Shown here piece by piece: positions 13,101-27,713 of a stretch of 64,000 nt of DNA (position 1 is its first letter; each line of letters starts with the position of its first letter). The position numbers and the translations under genes are program-made. The notes below the pieces were generated by a model. The model had not been told where the DNA came from. It saw nothing but the letters and a program-made list of their open reading frames with translations, and made no database searches. Source of the stretch: Ranitomeya imitator (Eukaryota); contig NC_091286.1 of the NCBI RefSeq assembly GCF_032444005.1, forward strand, positions 434,558,001-434,622,000, read 5' to 3'.

Positions 13101-16100
13101 GCACAGACTTTTTTTTTCCTGATTATTTTGTCAAAGAGCTTCGTTTTTCTAAAATGCAGCATGTCACGTCTTTCAGCGTTTTTGCAGCATTTTTCACCCT
13201 TTGAAAGCAATAGATAGTCCAAAAAATAGTGTAAAAAACTGCAAAAAACACAGGTATTAAGCTTTGCTATGTTTTTGGTGCCAAAACCTGATGAAGTTGA
13301 ATTAGATAATTTTTTCATGCACTAAACTTTATCAGCATGCACAAGAGAAAAATGTACCCTGACAAAAACTAAGCAAAAAACACAGCAAAAACTAAGCAAA
13401 ACTTCCTTTTTGTAACCAGCTTAAACACAGCTTAAATTTTGCATTAAAAACATTCTCTCTAGGTGGTAAAGAACCCCGGAAAACTTGTTCCATTTGGGTC
13501 AGAGCGATTCGCCACAGTGCTGGAGATGGTCCAATGCAACATTTTCTGGCAATGCCCGGGAATATTATCTTTCTGGAGAGGTATCAATACCTCTTTATGT
13601 CACATGGGTCTAACGATACGATACCTCACTCCCCAAGAGATCTTATTGTCACTCCTCTCGAAAACTTTTAAACCAAAGAAGCATGACTTAACCCCTCTAT
13701 TACTAGCTGCCACAAAACATTTGATATCTTCACATTGGAAGTCTTCAACTCCTCCAACGTTAGGAGAGTGTATCACGAAGGTTCATGACATATACCAACT
13801 CAAAGAATTATCTAGTTTGGAAACTCACACACATGATAAATTCAAAAACTCATGGCTCCCCTGGACAAAATATTCCCACACCCTTCTTTAGAGTTACTTA
13901 GTCTTTACCTTCCCCTTACCTACTAGTTAGCCAATAAGACTGGCTATGACCTAGTCCTATGACTTTGGGGTACACGCTGAGGTGGTCGAGTCCATTGCTC
14001 AGACTGGTAGCCCGTCTTGGTCTCCAACAATGAATAGCTTTGTCTCATTCTACTTACAAGCTAAATTATATTTTCTAGTAAAGAGTCCTTTTGTCACATC
14101 TTCTTATGTAAATCCCCAGATGTTCCCTTGAGGAACATTAGATCTGGAATTGATCTTTACCCTTGGCCTGATCTAATTTATGTTGTAGTTATTTTGTTCT
14201 TTTCTATTTGACATGTACATTGCTCCTCTCAGTTTATCAGCATACTGGCTGATTATACCTTAATTAATGTAATCTGACCATAGATGTTATACTGTAATAC
14301 ACTGTAATACACATGTTTGTTCTAAAATTAGTAAAGATTTCCAAAAAAACACACAAAACTTTGCATTAAAAACCAGCAGCAAAACGCCATGTGCGACCAT
14401 AGCCTAGCGGTGTACTTCATAATAGAATCTTAGAACCTTTAAAAAATAATTTATTCTGTAGGTTTAGAATTATGATTTTACTCCTTTCTTGGACAATACA
14501 TATTAATTCTATGTCAGAGCACTATCTTTAATTTTCATTTTCTTCTTTTTTAATAGTTATCCCATGTATAACAACCACAAGCACAATAACGGATACAGGT
14601 AAATACGCATAATTTTATGATCAATACTAAATCTAAGGCACGTTTGTGAAGCATGGACCATACTTGACTCACAATACCATTGTTTGGGCCAGGTATTCAC
14701 AAACGTCTTAAACAGGTCTAATTGTTGCTCCTATGTAGGATAATGTAAAACAGGGGTGAGGAACTTTTCTCTGCCAAGAACCATTTGGATATTTATACCA
14801 TCCTTCGCCGGCCGTACAAATTGCGTGATATCTCTGCCTACAAAATATGTCCTGATGCTGGCACTGGTGTCAGGACATATTTTTTCATTGCATGTGCCTC
14901 AGTGTTCAGTAGTGAATGCTGTGTGTGCATGCTCACAAAGCTAAAAACTTATTGGGCCCACGGCAGTCAAAATACAACTGCTGGACCAAGTGCTGCAGCC
15001 TACAGGAATCTGCCGCGGAGCCGGATACAGGGTCATCTATGGCCTCAAATGGCCTGTGGGTCTGAGATTCCCCTCCCCTGCTGTAGACCCTACTAAAGCT
15101 ATATTTTATTCCATACACATTATAAACCATACATAATACTATAGTACATATGATATCTACTGTATATAATACAGCATATACTGTATGGAAACCATACATC
15201 TTTCCCTACACATGTCAGCTGTTTTTAACAGCTGATATGTGCCTCTAACAGCCGCGGGTGGAATCACGATCCACTCGCTGCTGTTAACCTGTTAAATGCC
15301 GCTGTCAACTTGACAGCAGCATTTAACTCATGCTTCTGGGAAATCGCATTTTTTTTCTCCTTTTTAATGCACTTGGAATTTATTCCTCATTTAGTACATT
15401 ATATGGTAATATGAATTGTCTCTAAATTTGTCAACTTGCCATGCAAAAATGAGGTCCTCATATGGCTTTGCTGAAGAAAAATAGAAAAGTTATGGCTCTT
15501 GGAAGATGGATAGGAAATAAACAAAATGCAGATATACTGAAAGTTGGCTGTAGTGGAAAAGGGGTAATGATGGTCTAAATCAGGCCGCAGGTAGGCTTGC
15601 ATAACTTTTTTCTTAAAAGAAAATAGACTGGAACAATTGGGAAGCCTATCTAAAAAGTATTTGAAGCATTTTTAATGTGGATTTGGGAGAATCTGCTTCA
15701 AAATCCATGTCAGCAAACTTGTTGCGAACAAATCTTTTGGTGAGGAGATTAGTATATACTGGTTCACGTGCAAATTATTCAGATGCATTAATTGTACCAG
15801 ATTATCTAAAAAAATATATATTTTTTCTTTAATTTTACTGGTTTCAATTTACGTTACCTCATCAGGGTCATCAACTACCACCCCAACTATCACCACCGTG
15901 ACAACAACAACTTCTCCATCTACCACTCAACCCCCAGGTCCTCCAGGTATGGTAAAAAAAAACAGTTGACAAATTCAATGCAAATGCATTTGTTTACCGT
16001 GCATTTATGTAGATGTAGATTTTTTCTTGGTCATGAACTTTAATATGTATGTTCTGATGTATTCCAATATTGTAAAAGGCTGTTCAATAAGCAGAGGGAC

Positions 16101-19100
16101 AAGTTATGAAGTCCACTCCTGGAAAGTGAACTGATGCTTAACTGTCATAACTCTCTCAATAAAAATAGACTTTAATTTTTTTTACACCGTTACATAGGTT
16201 GAAAAAAGTTCAACCTTCGTCCACCAATTCTACATTTTATCACTTTTTTAAGACACCTAATACACTTTTCTGATTACTAATTTTAAACATTGAGCTGTAT
16301 ATTATTTATTTTTTAGAAATCATATACTTTGAGTCCCCATACATATGAAGTATGTCAGCAAAACCAGCCGAATTTACTGCAACTGACCATCTTATGTGTA
16401 TGGTGCCTCCTCATTCTCTCTGACAGGTGATGAGAAGGATTGGAAAGTGGGATTTTTAACATCCAATCCATTTTGTCTTCAATGGTGATAAGCAGTTATC
16501 AGAGATATCTGGCAGCGACTGTGCCCTCTCTCCCCAACTTTTACTAATTACCAAGATTTAAAAACTGCAGTGTAAGGCTACTTTCACACTAGCGTCAGAT
16601 TCGGCCCGTCGCAATGCATCGGGCCGAGATTCCGACGCTAGCATTTGATGCGCTGCACAACGGAGGCAGTGGATGCATTTCTCCGGTGCATCTGCTGCCC
16701 CATTGTGAGGTGCGGGGAGGTGGGGGCGAAGTTCCGGCTGCGCATGCTCCCGGCGGTCCGCCAAAACACGGCGCAACCGTCGCATGACGGTTGCGACGTG
16801 TGTCAATACGTCACAATGCGTCGGTAATGTTACTCTAGGGGGCAAAAACGCATCCTGCAAACAACTTTGCAGGATGCGTTTTTTCCCCTAAACGACGCAT
16901 TGCGACGTATTGAAAACAACGCTAGTGTGAAAGTAGCCTAAGAGAGGCTTCTCTTCCGGTTTAGTACAACTAACAAATAAATGGTCACTCATCCACTTGA
17001 ACTGCCACCTTATTATACTACATTTCCTAAGGCTTCGAAAGCAGTAAAGCAGTTAAAAAACTGATCTCATCTTTCTTCTGGTGGCTTCTGTAAATCACTC
17101 ATTATTTTTTATAAAGAGGTGAAAAAAAAGTTGCCAACCAAGCTTCTAAGGGAATGTCTGCCAACATTTTCCTACTGCGTCTTTTTCTGGCAAAACTTTG
17201 GGGAAACGCTTGTGGCTATAAGATGTTGTGTGCGCATGCCCTTAGAATATATTACCAGGACGACAAGTCCCTTAGTATTTTAATTTAATTGGATAGATAC
17301 ATTATTTCTGCATCTAAATCACTTGAAAAATATTCTTAAGTTGAATGTATATTTCCAATATTAAATATTGTTTGTTTTTTTATTAATAATTTGGACACCA
17401 GCCCCTTCACACCTCATTGTGTAAATTTATGAAAAAAGGATGTATTCTAAATGAAATGCATGCATTGCTCCATTTATTTTCATTTTTAAGAATATATATG
17501 TAAATTACATTCTTTACAGCATGAGGCCCTACATTAATTGCCTTATAGTCAGTGCACAGAGCCATGTACCAAAATACACACATTGGCATACAAACGACCC
17601 CTTGGAAAACAATGTAATAATTTATTTTTATGTTAATAATTTTCAACCTATAGAACAAAAGATTGGTGTGCAAAATTCAGTTCTTTTTTTTAATTTATCA
17701 ATGTTGCTTTTTCCTTAGAACTAGTCATATTATACAGATGTACATAGAGGCTTCTGCTCATTTTCTATAGTGCAATAGTCTGCAGTAAAATAGTATATAA
17801 AGAAAATGAATGTTTTAAATAATTCCATTAATAGGTTCTTGTGAGGTCAGTGGAGACCCGCACTATTACACTTTTGATAACCAGGTTCATCATTTTATGG
17901 GAACCTGCACCTACACTTTATCCAAGCTCTGTAACGATAATACAAATCTTCCTAATTTCAACGTGGAAGCAGCTAATGAGCACAGAGGAGGAAATACTAG
18001 AGTATCCTATGTTCAGTATGTGAATGTGGATGTACACGGATACAGGATCACATTGGAAAAGAACAGAGTAGTCAAGGTAAGTCTAATTATTTCACATTAA
18101 TAAATATATTATAAGAACTCAGATTAACCTAAAATTAAGTTCCAAATATATCAATCTTGTCTTCTATAAATAATATTTTTGAGAGTAGAATATATAATGT
18201 CAGACGATAGAATTTTACATTTTTCTTCTCTCATATTTTTGTAAATACAGGTCAATGGAAACATTGTGACGCTGCCAGAAGCGCTAGTGCCAGATATTAA
18301 TATATTCCTGAGTGGACATGACGTAGTAGTCACAACAGCATTTGGCCTGAATGTAAAATTCGATGGAAACCATAGAGTAGTAGTAACTATTCCACATGGA
18401 TATGCAAATAAAGTGTGTGGACTGTGCGGTAATTTTAATAGGAATATGACTGATGACTTCCTAAACCCAGATGGAGAATTAGAGCCAGACTCCAACAGCC
18501 TTGGTAACAGTTGGCAAGTTGATAATGATACCAAGTAAGTCAATTTTATTTTATTTTTTTTCACAAATTAAAGGGGTTGTCCACCATTGGTGAAGTCTTT
18601 GGCAAGCACTGCGGCTTGCTGAATCATAATTGTATAAAATATACACACCTTTAAGATTAGGTTCTGCTTGCTGTTTACAGCAGTTGTAACATGACCTTAA
18701 GTATTAAATTTGTAAAGTTACAGTCACGTACAATCTAGAGTCTCAGGCACCACTCTCAATAAAACATCGAGAGACTCACCAGAGATTCTGATCGGCAATC
18801 TACTGCAACCATGCAAATTGTATGGATTGTGTTAGGGTTTGGCAAGTTGCAGTGATGGTCAAATTATTCACCAGAAGTGGACAATGCCTTTAATATTCTA
18901 TATTTTAATAAAATAATATTTAGTATATGGATTTCTCAGTCCCAGATTTTTAGATCTCTATTAAGTATTATTATAACTTGTATCAATTATGAATTTGTCA
19001 TAGATGTACTCCTGGACCTGAAGTTCCACCTCCCTGCACAGATGATGAGAAAGTCATAATTTCCAGCAACAGCTTCTGTGGACTAATCACTGACCAGAGT

Positions 19101-22100
19101 GGTCCATTTAAAGATTGTCATGGTGTTGTAGATCCACTGGTCTACTTTAATAACTGTTTCTATGACCTTTGTGAGCTGAATCTGGATCCTGGTGTACTTT
19201 GTGACAGTCTTCAGTCATATGCACAGTCTTGTCAAACTAACGGGGTTGTGATAGGACCATGGAGAAATGAAACTTTTTGCCGTAAGCACATCATGATTAC
19301 TCTCTTACACTCTCTGCTTGCTTGTTGTAATGTTCAAAGTCTAATTTTGTTTAAGTATAACTACATGAACTGAACTTAGAAGAAAACCCTACCAAAAGTA
19401 TCAGCAACTACATGAAAGACATGAAAGACAATAAATAGTTAATGTGGTTATCCCTTTATGTTTTTATTTTTACTCTTATATATTTCTAATTTTGTTTTAC
19501 AGCTCTCAAGTGTCCACAAAACAGCCATTATGAACCATGTGGGACCGCCTGTCCAGCAACCTGTGTGAATCCAGTATCTCCATCTTATTGCAATCTGCCT
19601 TGCACCGAGTCCTGCATATGTGATCCTGGCTACGTTTTGTTCAACAAGGAATGTGTGCCCAGTCTCCAGTGTGGCTGTTGGGAAAATGATAAGCATTATC
19701 CTGTTGGATCTGAATTTTGGACAGATGACACGTGCTCCACAATATGCAGATGTCCTTCAGCTGGAAGTAGCCTAATCTGTAAGAGTGATGCATGTCGAAG
19801 TGACCAATACTGTTCAGTGATAAATGGCATACCTGGCTGTGTTTATTACAGTTACGGTACCTGCAGAGTCCACAATGACCCTCATTACGAAACCTATGAC
19901 AAGCAGGTCCATCACTTCATGGGTCTGTGCACATATACTCTCTCTAAATTATGCACTAACTCTTCATTACCATACTTTAATGTGGAAGCCAAGAATGTAC
20001 ATAGGGGAAATCCATCTGTCTCATATGTGCAGAGAGTGATTGTTGATGTCTATGGCTACCAAATACAGATTGTGAGAAAAGAAAACTCCCGCATTTTGGT
20101 AAGACGTCTACATTTATACTCAATATAACATTGCTTTGCTGGTACATGGCTGCTTATTACTGAATACATCACTCATTCATTCATCATTATCTTTGCAGGT
20201 TGATGACTTGTGGAAAACTCTTCCTGTCATTTTGAATGGAGGTGCAGTAAAAGTGGAAAGGAGTGGAAGATATGTCATTTTAGAAACTGACTTCAAACTT
20301 AGAGTTTCTTACGACACTGATCATTCCGTGGAATTGAAAATACCTGATGCATTCTCTGGGGAAGTTTGTGGCATGTGCGGCAACTACAACAATCGTAGAC
20401 CAGATGACTTCCTTATGCCCGATGGACAATTGGCCCAAAATTCAAATGAATTAGGAAACAGTTGGATAGTCTATGACAAAAATGATCCGTCCTGCACAGA
20501 TCAACCACCTCCACCTCCACCGCCAACTTGTCCCCCAGAGGACGAGAGCCTCTATGAAAGCAATGCATTCTGTGGTTTGCTAACAAGTAAAGATGATCTG
20601 TTCAGTGTATGTCACGATGTTGTCGATCCAGAGAGTTTCTTTGAAATCTGTGTGTTTGATCTCTGCGCATTAGATGGAGGCAAAGATATTTTGTGCAGTG
20701 CTTTAGAAGCATATGCTGATGCCTGTCAGAAACAAGGAGTCACCATCCCAAGCTGGAGAAACATTACATCTTGTGGTAAGTACAAGTTGTAAAAGTGTTG
20801 ACAGCTTTAGTTCTAATATGCTTAAGTCTGTTGTCTGGGGTAAAAACATCACAAAGTCAGCACTAGGACCAATGTTATTCAGTGGATCAGTGGGGCTGTT
20901 CAGATGACCTTTTTTACATGAAAAAAATCACAGCATGTACTAGTCTCGTCCATAATTCAGATGAAACTCTTCTATTCAAGTATATGGGTGCACAAAAAAT
21001 AGGATCCCATGTAAATAAGTCGTATCGCGTCTGTTTTCTACGGGTACATTGCAATTGTTCATATAGAGAACTGTATTTGGTCTTGTAAATTTTATTCACT
21101 GCTGATGAATAAAAATGAATGCCGAATGGAAACTAGATGAGAAATCTAACATTTTTCTGTATGAAAATTTGATGATGTTTTTATATGGCTAACTGAACTT
21201 AGCCTAATTTTGGTAAATTTTGTGCACTAGAATTCACAGGAGATGAAGAATGTCCAAGCAATAGCGATTACAAGGAATGTATGACTGCATGTCCAGCAAC
21301 CTGCCTGGATCCACAGGCTCCAGAGAAATGCACCTCTCCATGTGTGGAAGGGTGTGAATGTAAAGACGGGTACATTCTCAGTGGAGGAGCTTGCGTTTCT
21401 AAATCACAATGTGGATGCTCGTACAATGACCAGTATTATAATGTAAGTGTCCAACGGAATTTTTTTTTCTTTTTGCTTTTTATACTTCTCTGCTGCTGAA
21501 TTTTTGCTGAAAATGTTGAATTTTTTTAAGCAGTTGTTGATTTTTTTTTTTTTTACAGAGCGGTGATGAATTCATTGAAGGAAACTGTGAGAGGAGATGT
21601 CAATGTCAGGATAACAACATGGTCTCCTGTTTACCTATGTCTTGTCCAGAAGATGAAATCTGTAAGGTGCAAAATGGATTATTGGGCTGCTACCAACCAA
21701 GCAGTGCAACTTGCCACATTTATGGTGACCCTCACTACTCCACATTTGATGGCACACTTCACCATTTCCAAGGATCTTGTAACTACACTGTATCAGAGAC
21801 CTGTGCCAATACATCTCACAGCTTTATTGTCACCACACGCAATGAACACAGAGGCAACCCAAGCTGGACAGCCATAAATTCAGTTGCTCTGACTGTGGAC
21901 GGTGTGCACATCTGGATCGAGAAGAACAATATTGTGCATGTAAGTTAAATTATTTCATTACAAGTCTACGCAGATTGTACTGTAATACCATAGAATTCTG
22001 CTAATACATAAAAGCCACATATATGTTCAAAACATTGCACATATATATTTTACATTCTCAGGAGTTACCCTATAAAAGATAGCTTGAAGTTTGTGAGAAA

Positions 22101-25100
22101 AAAGTGTTGTAATGTTTTTGGATATTCAGTTGTTGTGTTATCATAAAAGGAGACAACATTCTGTTATTGTATTGGACAATATCAATTTGCATTTTTGCAA
22201 TTTTTTTACGGAACAAAATTTTTGTTAAATGTTAGATATTTGTTAGTTACCGTATTTGTAAAAGTTTTTTCTTTTTATATTTTTTTGTAAAAAAATAGTG
22301 AAATATTTCTATTTACAGCACAAATGGCCAGAATAAATGTGGCACTGTTATTATTCAGGTAAATGTTGTTATAGCTAAAAATTATAGTTCTCCTCTACCT
22401 TTGCTTTGCAGGTCAACAATGTTTTAGTTACTCTCCCTGCTGACGTGTTTGGCATAAGCATCATAAGAAGTGGCCAGTACGTAGTAGTTAATACCCACTT
22501 TGGACTCCAGATTAAATTCAATGGAGATCATGAATTATTTGTAATAGTGAGTGAGAAATACAAAGATACATTGTGTGGATTGTGTGGCACATACAATGAT
22601 AATCGCTTTGATGACTTCACAAAGCCTAATGGCAGTATTGTAACTGATGTCAATGACTTTGGAAACAGCTGGCGAGTACCAGATGATGGATGGCCGTGAG
22701 TATTTTCTTATCTTATCTGTCCATTTGTCCATTTATTTATCCATATACAGTATAATTTTTTTTTGCAATGTGAGATCTAACTTTGCTATATCTTAATTTC
22801 TGTAGTTGTGACCCTCCTCCTCCTCCTCCACCTACGTGCCTTCCCAACATAGAGCAAGAAGCTGAGGCTAAGTGTGAAATAATAAAGCTGCTCAATGGCC
22901 CCTTTTCACAGTGTCATGCTCTCATTCCACCATATCAATACTTTGAGAGTTGTGTGTATGACCAATGCGCGACAGGAGGGAATGATACTTATTTCTGCAG
23001 CTCACTAGAATTTTATGCTGCAGCATGTGAAGCAATAGGAGTCATTCTTGGCGATTGGAGACAGGAAACTAATTGTGGTAAGAAGTTAAACTTTTTTTAT
23101 CATAATGAATTATTAAATATGTTATGTTGTATTTTATAAATGTTATTTTTGCTTTTAGGAGAAATAAAAAGCACAAGTCCACCCAAAACTACCACCACTG
23201 CAGCTACAACAACTACTACTATTACTCCTACAACTATTGGCTGTGACACAGTAGGAACCACAACTTCAACTACACCAGGTAAATGGTTTTACTGCATGAT
23301 ATTCTATGAACACGATGAATGTTATATAAATTGGACACCAGGTGAAGGTATATCTAGAAAATAAAAGGCTAATAAAGTGATAACTAGGTGACTATTTTCA
23401 GAGTATAAGAGAAAAATCAAAGTTAAGGAACTGAATACATTGACATTCGGGTTACATGCACTAGATACAGTAGCTGCATATTTCAGATCTAATATCTAGG
23501 TAGAATTTGGTTTAGGAAGTGGAGGATGAAGGCAATCCTATATATTCTTGTGACTAAAGGTTTGGGAATGATTAGAACAGATAGCTGCTGGAGCCAAGTT
23601 CACACATTCAGTATTCGGTGAGTGTTTTCCATCAGTATTTGTAAGCCAAAACCAGGAGTGGGTGATAAATACAGAAGTGGTGCATATGTTTCTATTATAC
23701 TTTTCCTCTGCTTGTCCTACTCTTGGTTTTGGCTTACAAATACTGATATAAAATACTGACCAAATACTGAACATGTGAACGTGGCCTTACTATCAGGGCC
23801 GGTTTTAGGCAAAGTGAGGCCCTAGGCAAATATTTAAAATGGGGCCCCAAATGCTAACATATTGCACCATCAAACAGAAACATTTTGGTTGTAGCTACAT
23901 GCGCTGATTTCAGGCCACTAAACGAGTGTGATTAACAATATTGAAGTCATTCGCCGCTTGTTTCCAGCCTCTTTACACTGGCTGAGGAGTAATGATGGGG
24001 ACAGAATGATCACTAGTAAATCAATCTGTCCCCATACAGTATCATCTTAGCAGCATATCTGCAGGCTTAACGGGGCGATGTGCTGATGAGAACAATGATT
24101 TTTGTTTCGGCATATACTGTGCATACATACACAGTACATACACACAGATACACATACCATACATACATACACAGACATATACCTTACATGCATACACACA
24201 TACAGTTATATACACATATAGTATACACATACCGTACATACATACTGTACATACACACAGATATACATACAAATACAGTATATGCAAACACATACATATA
24301 CCTTACATGCACACAGATACATACATATACCGTCATACATACACATACCATACATACACACATGCATATTCTGTACATTCACACAAATACCGTACATACA
24401 TATACCATACATACACACAGATACACACACATATACCGTACATACTCAGATAATTATATACACATATAGTACACACATACCATACATACACCAAATACAC
24501 ATACCGTACATATATACATATACCGAACAGATACAAATACATGTACCATACATATACACATACAGTATATACACATAGCATACACATACCGTACACACAT
24601 ATACATACACATATACTGTATGTACATGCACATAAACATACATATATACCATATATCCAAAGAAATTTATTGCACATACACAGATACACACAGATACTGT
24701 ACATACATACACACAGACATACAAATATACCATACATACACACATATGCCGTACATACATACACAGATATACACACATACATACATACAAGCACATATAT
24801 ACACACATACTAATCTTGTAGAGGTGATCAGAGGAGCCCTGGATGAGGTCACATAGTTCAGTTACAGAGGGCTGCAGACCCCACTGTGGGGGATGGGGCA
24901 CAGAGCAGACAGCACTGATATCAGCCCCCTGGTTCTACCTGCTGTCCCGTGCAGTGAGCTCCTCCCCCATCTCTTCACAGTGAGGAGACGCTGCAGCCTG
25001 CTGGGGACAGAGCAGTGGAGGGAGCAGAAGACCCCCTAAGGCTCTCTTCCTCCACTGCTGTCTCTATGTGCTGTGCGGTGGGCACCTCACCTGACTGTAG

Positions 25101-27674
25101 GGGTGACTACTCACGATTGGGACGCGCCATGCAGGAATACAGCAACCAGTGAGCGCTCTCCTCAGTCTGGTCATGGTGAGGTAAGGGAAGCTTTCATTGG
25201 CCAGCGTCTCTCCATGCATGACACGCCCCCTTTTTGATCTCCTGCACTTCGTGCCCCGCTCTCTCCCTCGCACTGGGTGTTCCATGATTATAGGAGGGAG
25301 TGAGAGGGGCCCGATCCTGCATAATACCGGGCCTGCCTGCAGGAGCCCCCCTCCACTGCTGGGTCCTGGAGCAGTGCCATCAGCAGTGTGTCCGCCCCAG
25401 GCTGGGGGCCCCTAGGGCAGCGGGGGCCCTAGGCAGCTGCCTAGTCTGCCTGCCCCTAACGCCGGCCCTGCTTACTATGATGCTTTAATCTTCATGCTTG
25501 TTTACAGTCAAGCTTTCCTCCTCTGCCTACTGTCTAATTGTCCAGTAGGCAGAGTACAAGCTGCATCTGTCAGACAGAGAGTTTGCGCTGGACAAGACAC
25601 AATAGACAATTGAGTGCAGAGGGGTATGTGGTCATGTAAAGCTGCATGATTATAACAGGACAAGTTTTGGATGCTTTTCCAATTAAAACATTATTATATT
25701 TTAGTTTTCTATATTTATATCAGAATTTTTAAATCCAGGATAGCCCCCTTTTTCATTGTAGCGAAGCATTCACTATGCAAAGATATGCATTAGCTTAGCT
25801 AAGAAGCTGGAACTGGTACAATAGGCTACTTATGACTAAGTGAATTTAGTTAAAAATTAATATGCTCCCAAAAATTTTAAATCTGAAAAATAAGTGAGCA
25901 GCACATTTTCTATACAATATTTTCTATCTCTCTAGTTACTATGGATTACAAACAAAATTTGGTTACATGTGATTTGTAAAGATTGGTTGATGGATCTCCA
26001 TGGCAAAAGTTCAGTCTATGGCTAGCACTGATAATTCTATATTTAGTTACAATGGTCTAAAATCAATAAAGAAAATGTCTGAGGCCGCCGTCACACATGC
26101 GAGTTTTACGGACGTAAGAGCGCAGAATCTACGTCCGTAAAACTCGCAAAAAATACGGCACAATTATTCTCTATGCCCCTGCTCCTATTTGCCGTATTTT
26201 ACTGATCAGTATTATACGGCTTTCTACGGCCGTACAAAATCGCAGCATGCTGCGTTTGTCACCGTACTGCGCAAGAAATACGCCAATGAAAGTCTATGGA
26301 AGAGTGAAAAATACGGATTACACACGGACAAGCAGTGTGACTTGCGAGAAATACGCAGCGCTGTTAGAGAGAAAAGCCGGTAATTCAGTGCGGTGTACAG
26401 TAAAATCACACTGACAGCTTCCAGTCCAATAGATATAATAAATGTGTACACATAGAATAGGTATATATATATATGTCAGTGAGACACATATATGTATATA
26501 TATTAATATTTATTCCAGCGCTATACAGCTTGAAAGCCGGTAATTCAATTACCGGCTTTTTCTTTCTCCTTCATAAAACCCGACATGATTTGAGACATGG
26601 TTTACATACAGTAAACCATGTCTTCTCTCCATTTTTTTTGCAGATTCCACACTACTAATGTCAGTAGTGTGTATCTGCAAAATTTGGCCGTTCTAGCTCT
26701 TAAAATAAAGGGTTAACTGGCGGAAAAAATTGGCGTGGGCTCCCGCGCAATTTTCTCCGCCAGAGTAGTAAAGCCAGTGACTGAGGGCAGATATTAATAG
26801 CCTGGAGAGGGTCCACGGTTATTGGCCCCCCCCTGGCTAAAAATATCTGCCCCCAGCCACCCCAGAACAGGCACATCTGGAAGATGCGCCTATTCTGGCA
26901 CTTGGCCACTCTCTTCCCATTCCCGTGTAGCGGTGGGATATGGGGTAATGAAGGGTTAATGCCACCTTGCTATTGTAAGGTGACATTAAGCCTAATTAAT
27001 AATGGAGAGGCGTCAATTATGACACCTATCCATTATTAATCCAATTGTAGTGAAGGGTTAAATAAAACACAAACACATTCTTTAAAATTATTTTAATGAA
27101 ATAAAAACAATGGTTGTTGTAGTATTTTATTCAACGCCCAATCCAGTCACTGAAGACCCTCGTTCTGTGAGTAAAGAAACATAATAAACCAACAATATAC
27201 TTACCCTCCGCAGATCTGTAACGTCCAACGATGTAAATCCTTCTGAAGGGGTTAAAACATTTTGCAGCAAGGAGCTGTGCTAATGCAGGCTGCTCCTCGC
27301 TGCAAAACCCCAGGGAATGAGGCTAAAAATAGATCAATGATCTATATTTAGCATCATTTGCGGTGAGGCGCCCTCTGCTGGCTGTTCATAGATCGTGGGA
27401 AATTACCTAGAAAGCTCCCTGGCTTTTTTCCGCCAGTTAACCCTTTATTTTAAGAGCTAGAACGGCCAAATTTTGCAGATACACACTACTGACATTAGTA
27501 GTGTGGAATCTGCAAAAAAAATGGAGAGAAGACATGGTTTACTGTATGTAAACCATGTCTCAAATCATGTCGGGTTTTATGAAGGAGAAGGAAAAAGCCG
27601 GTAATTGAATTACCGGCTTTCAAGCTGTATAGCGCTGGAATAAGTATTAATATATATACATATATGTGTCTACT

Positions 27675-27713
<39 letters not shown>

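Noticed and set aside
24042-24901. Many overlapping 60-157 aa ORFs rich in Y/T/H/I or C/V/M
   Set aside because: Artifacts of CA/TA low-complexity sequence inside a non-autonomous hAT element
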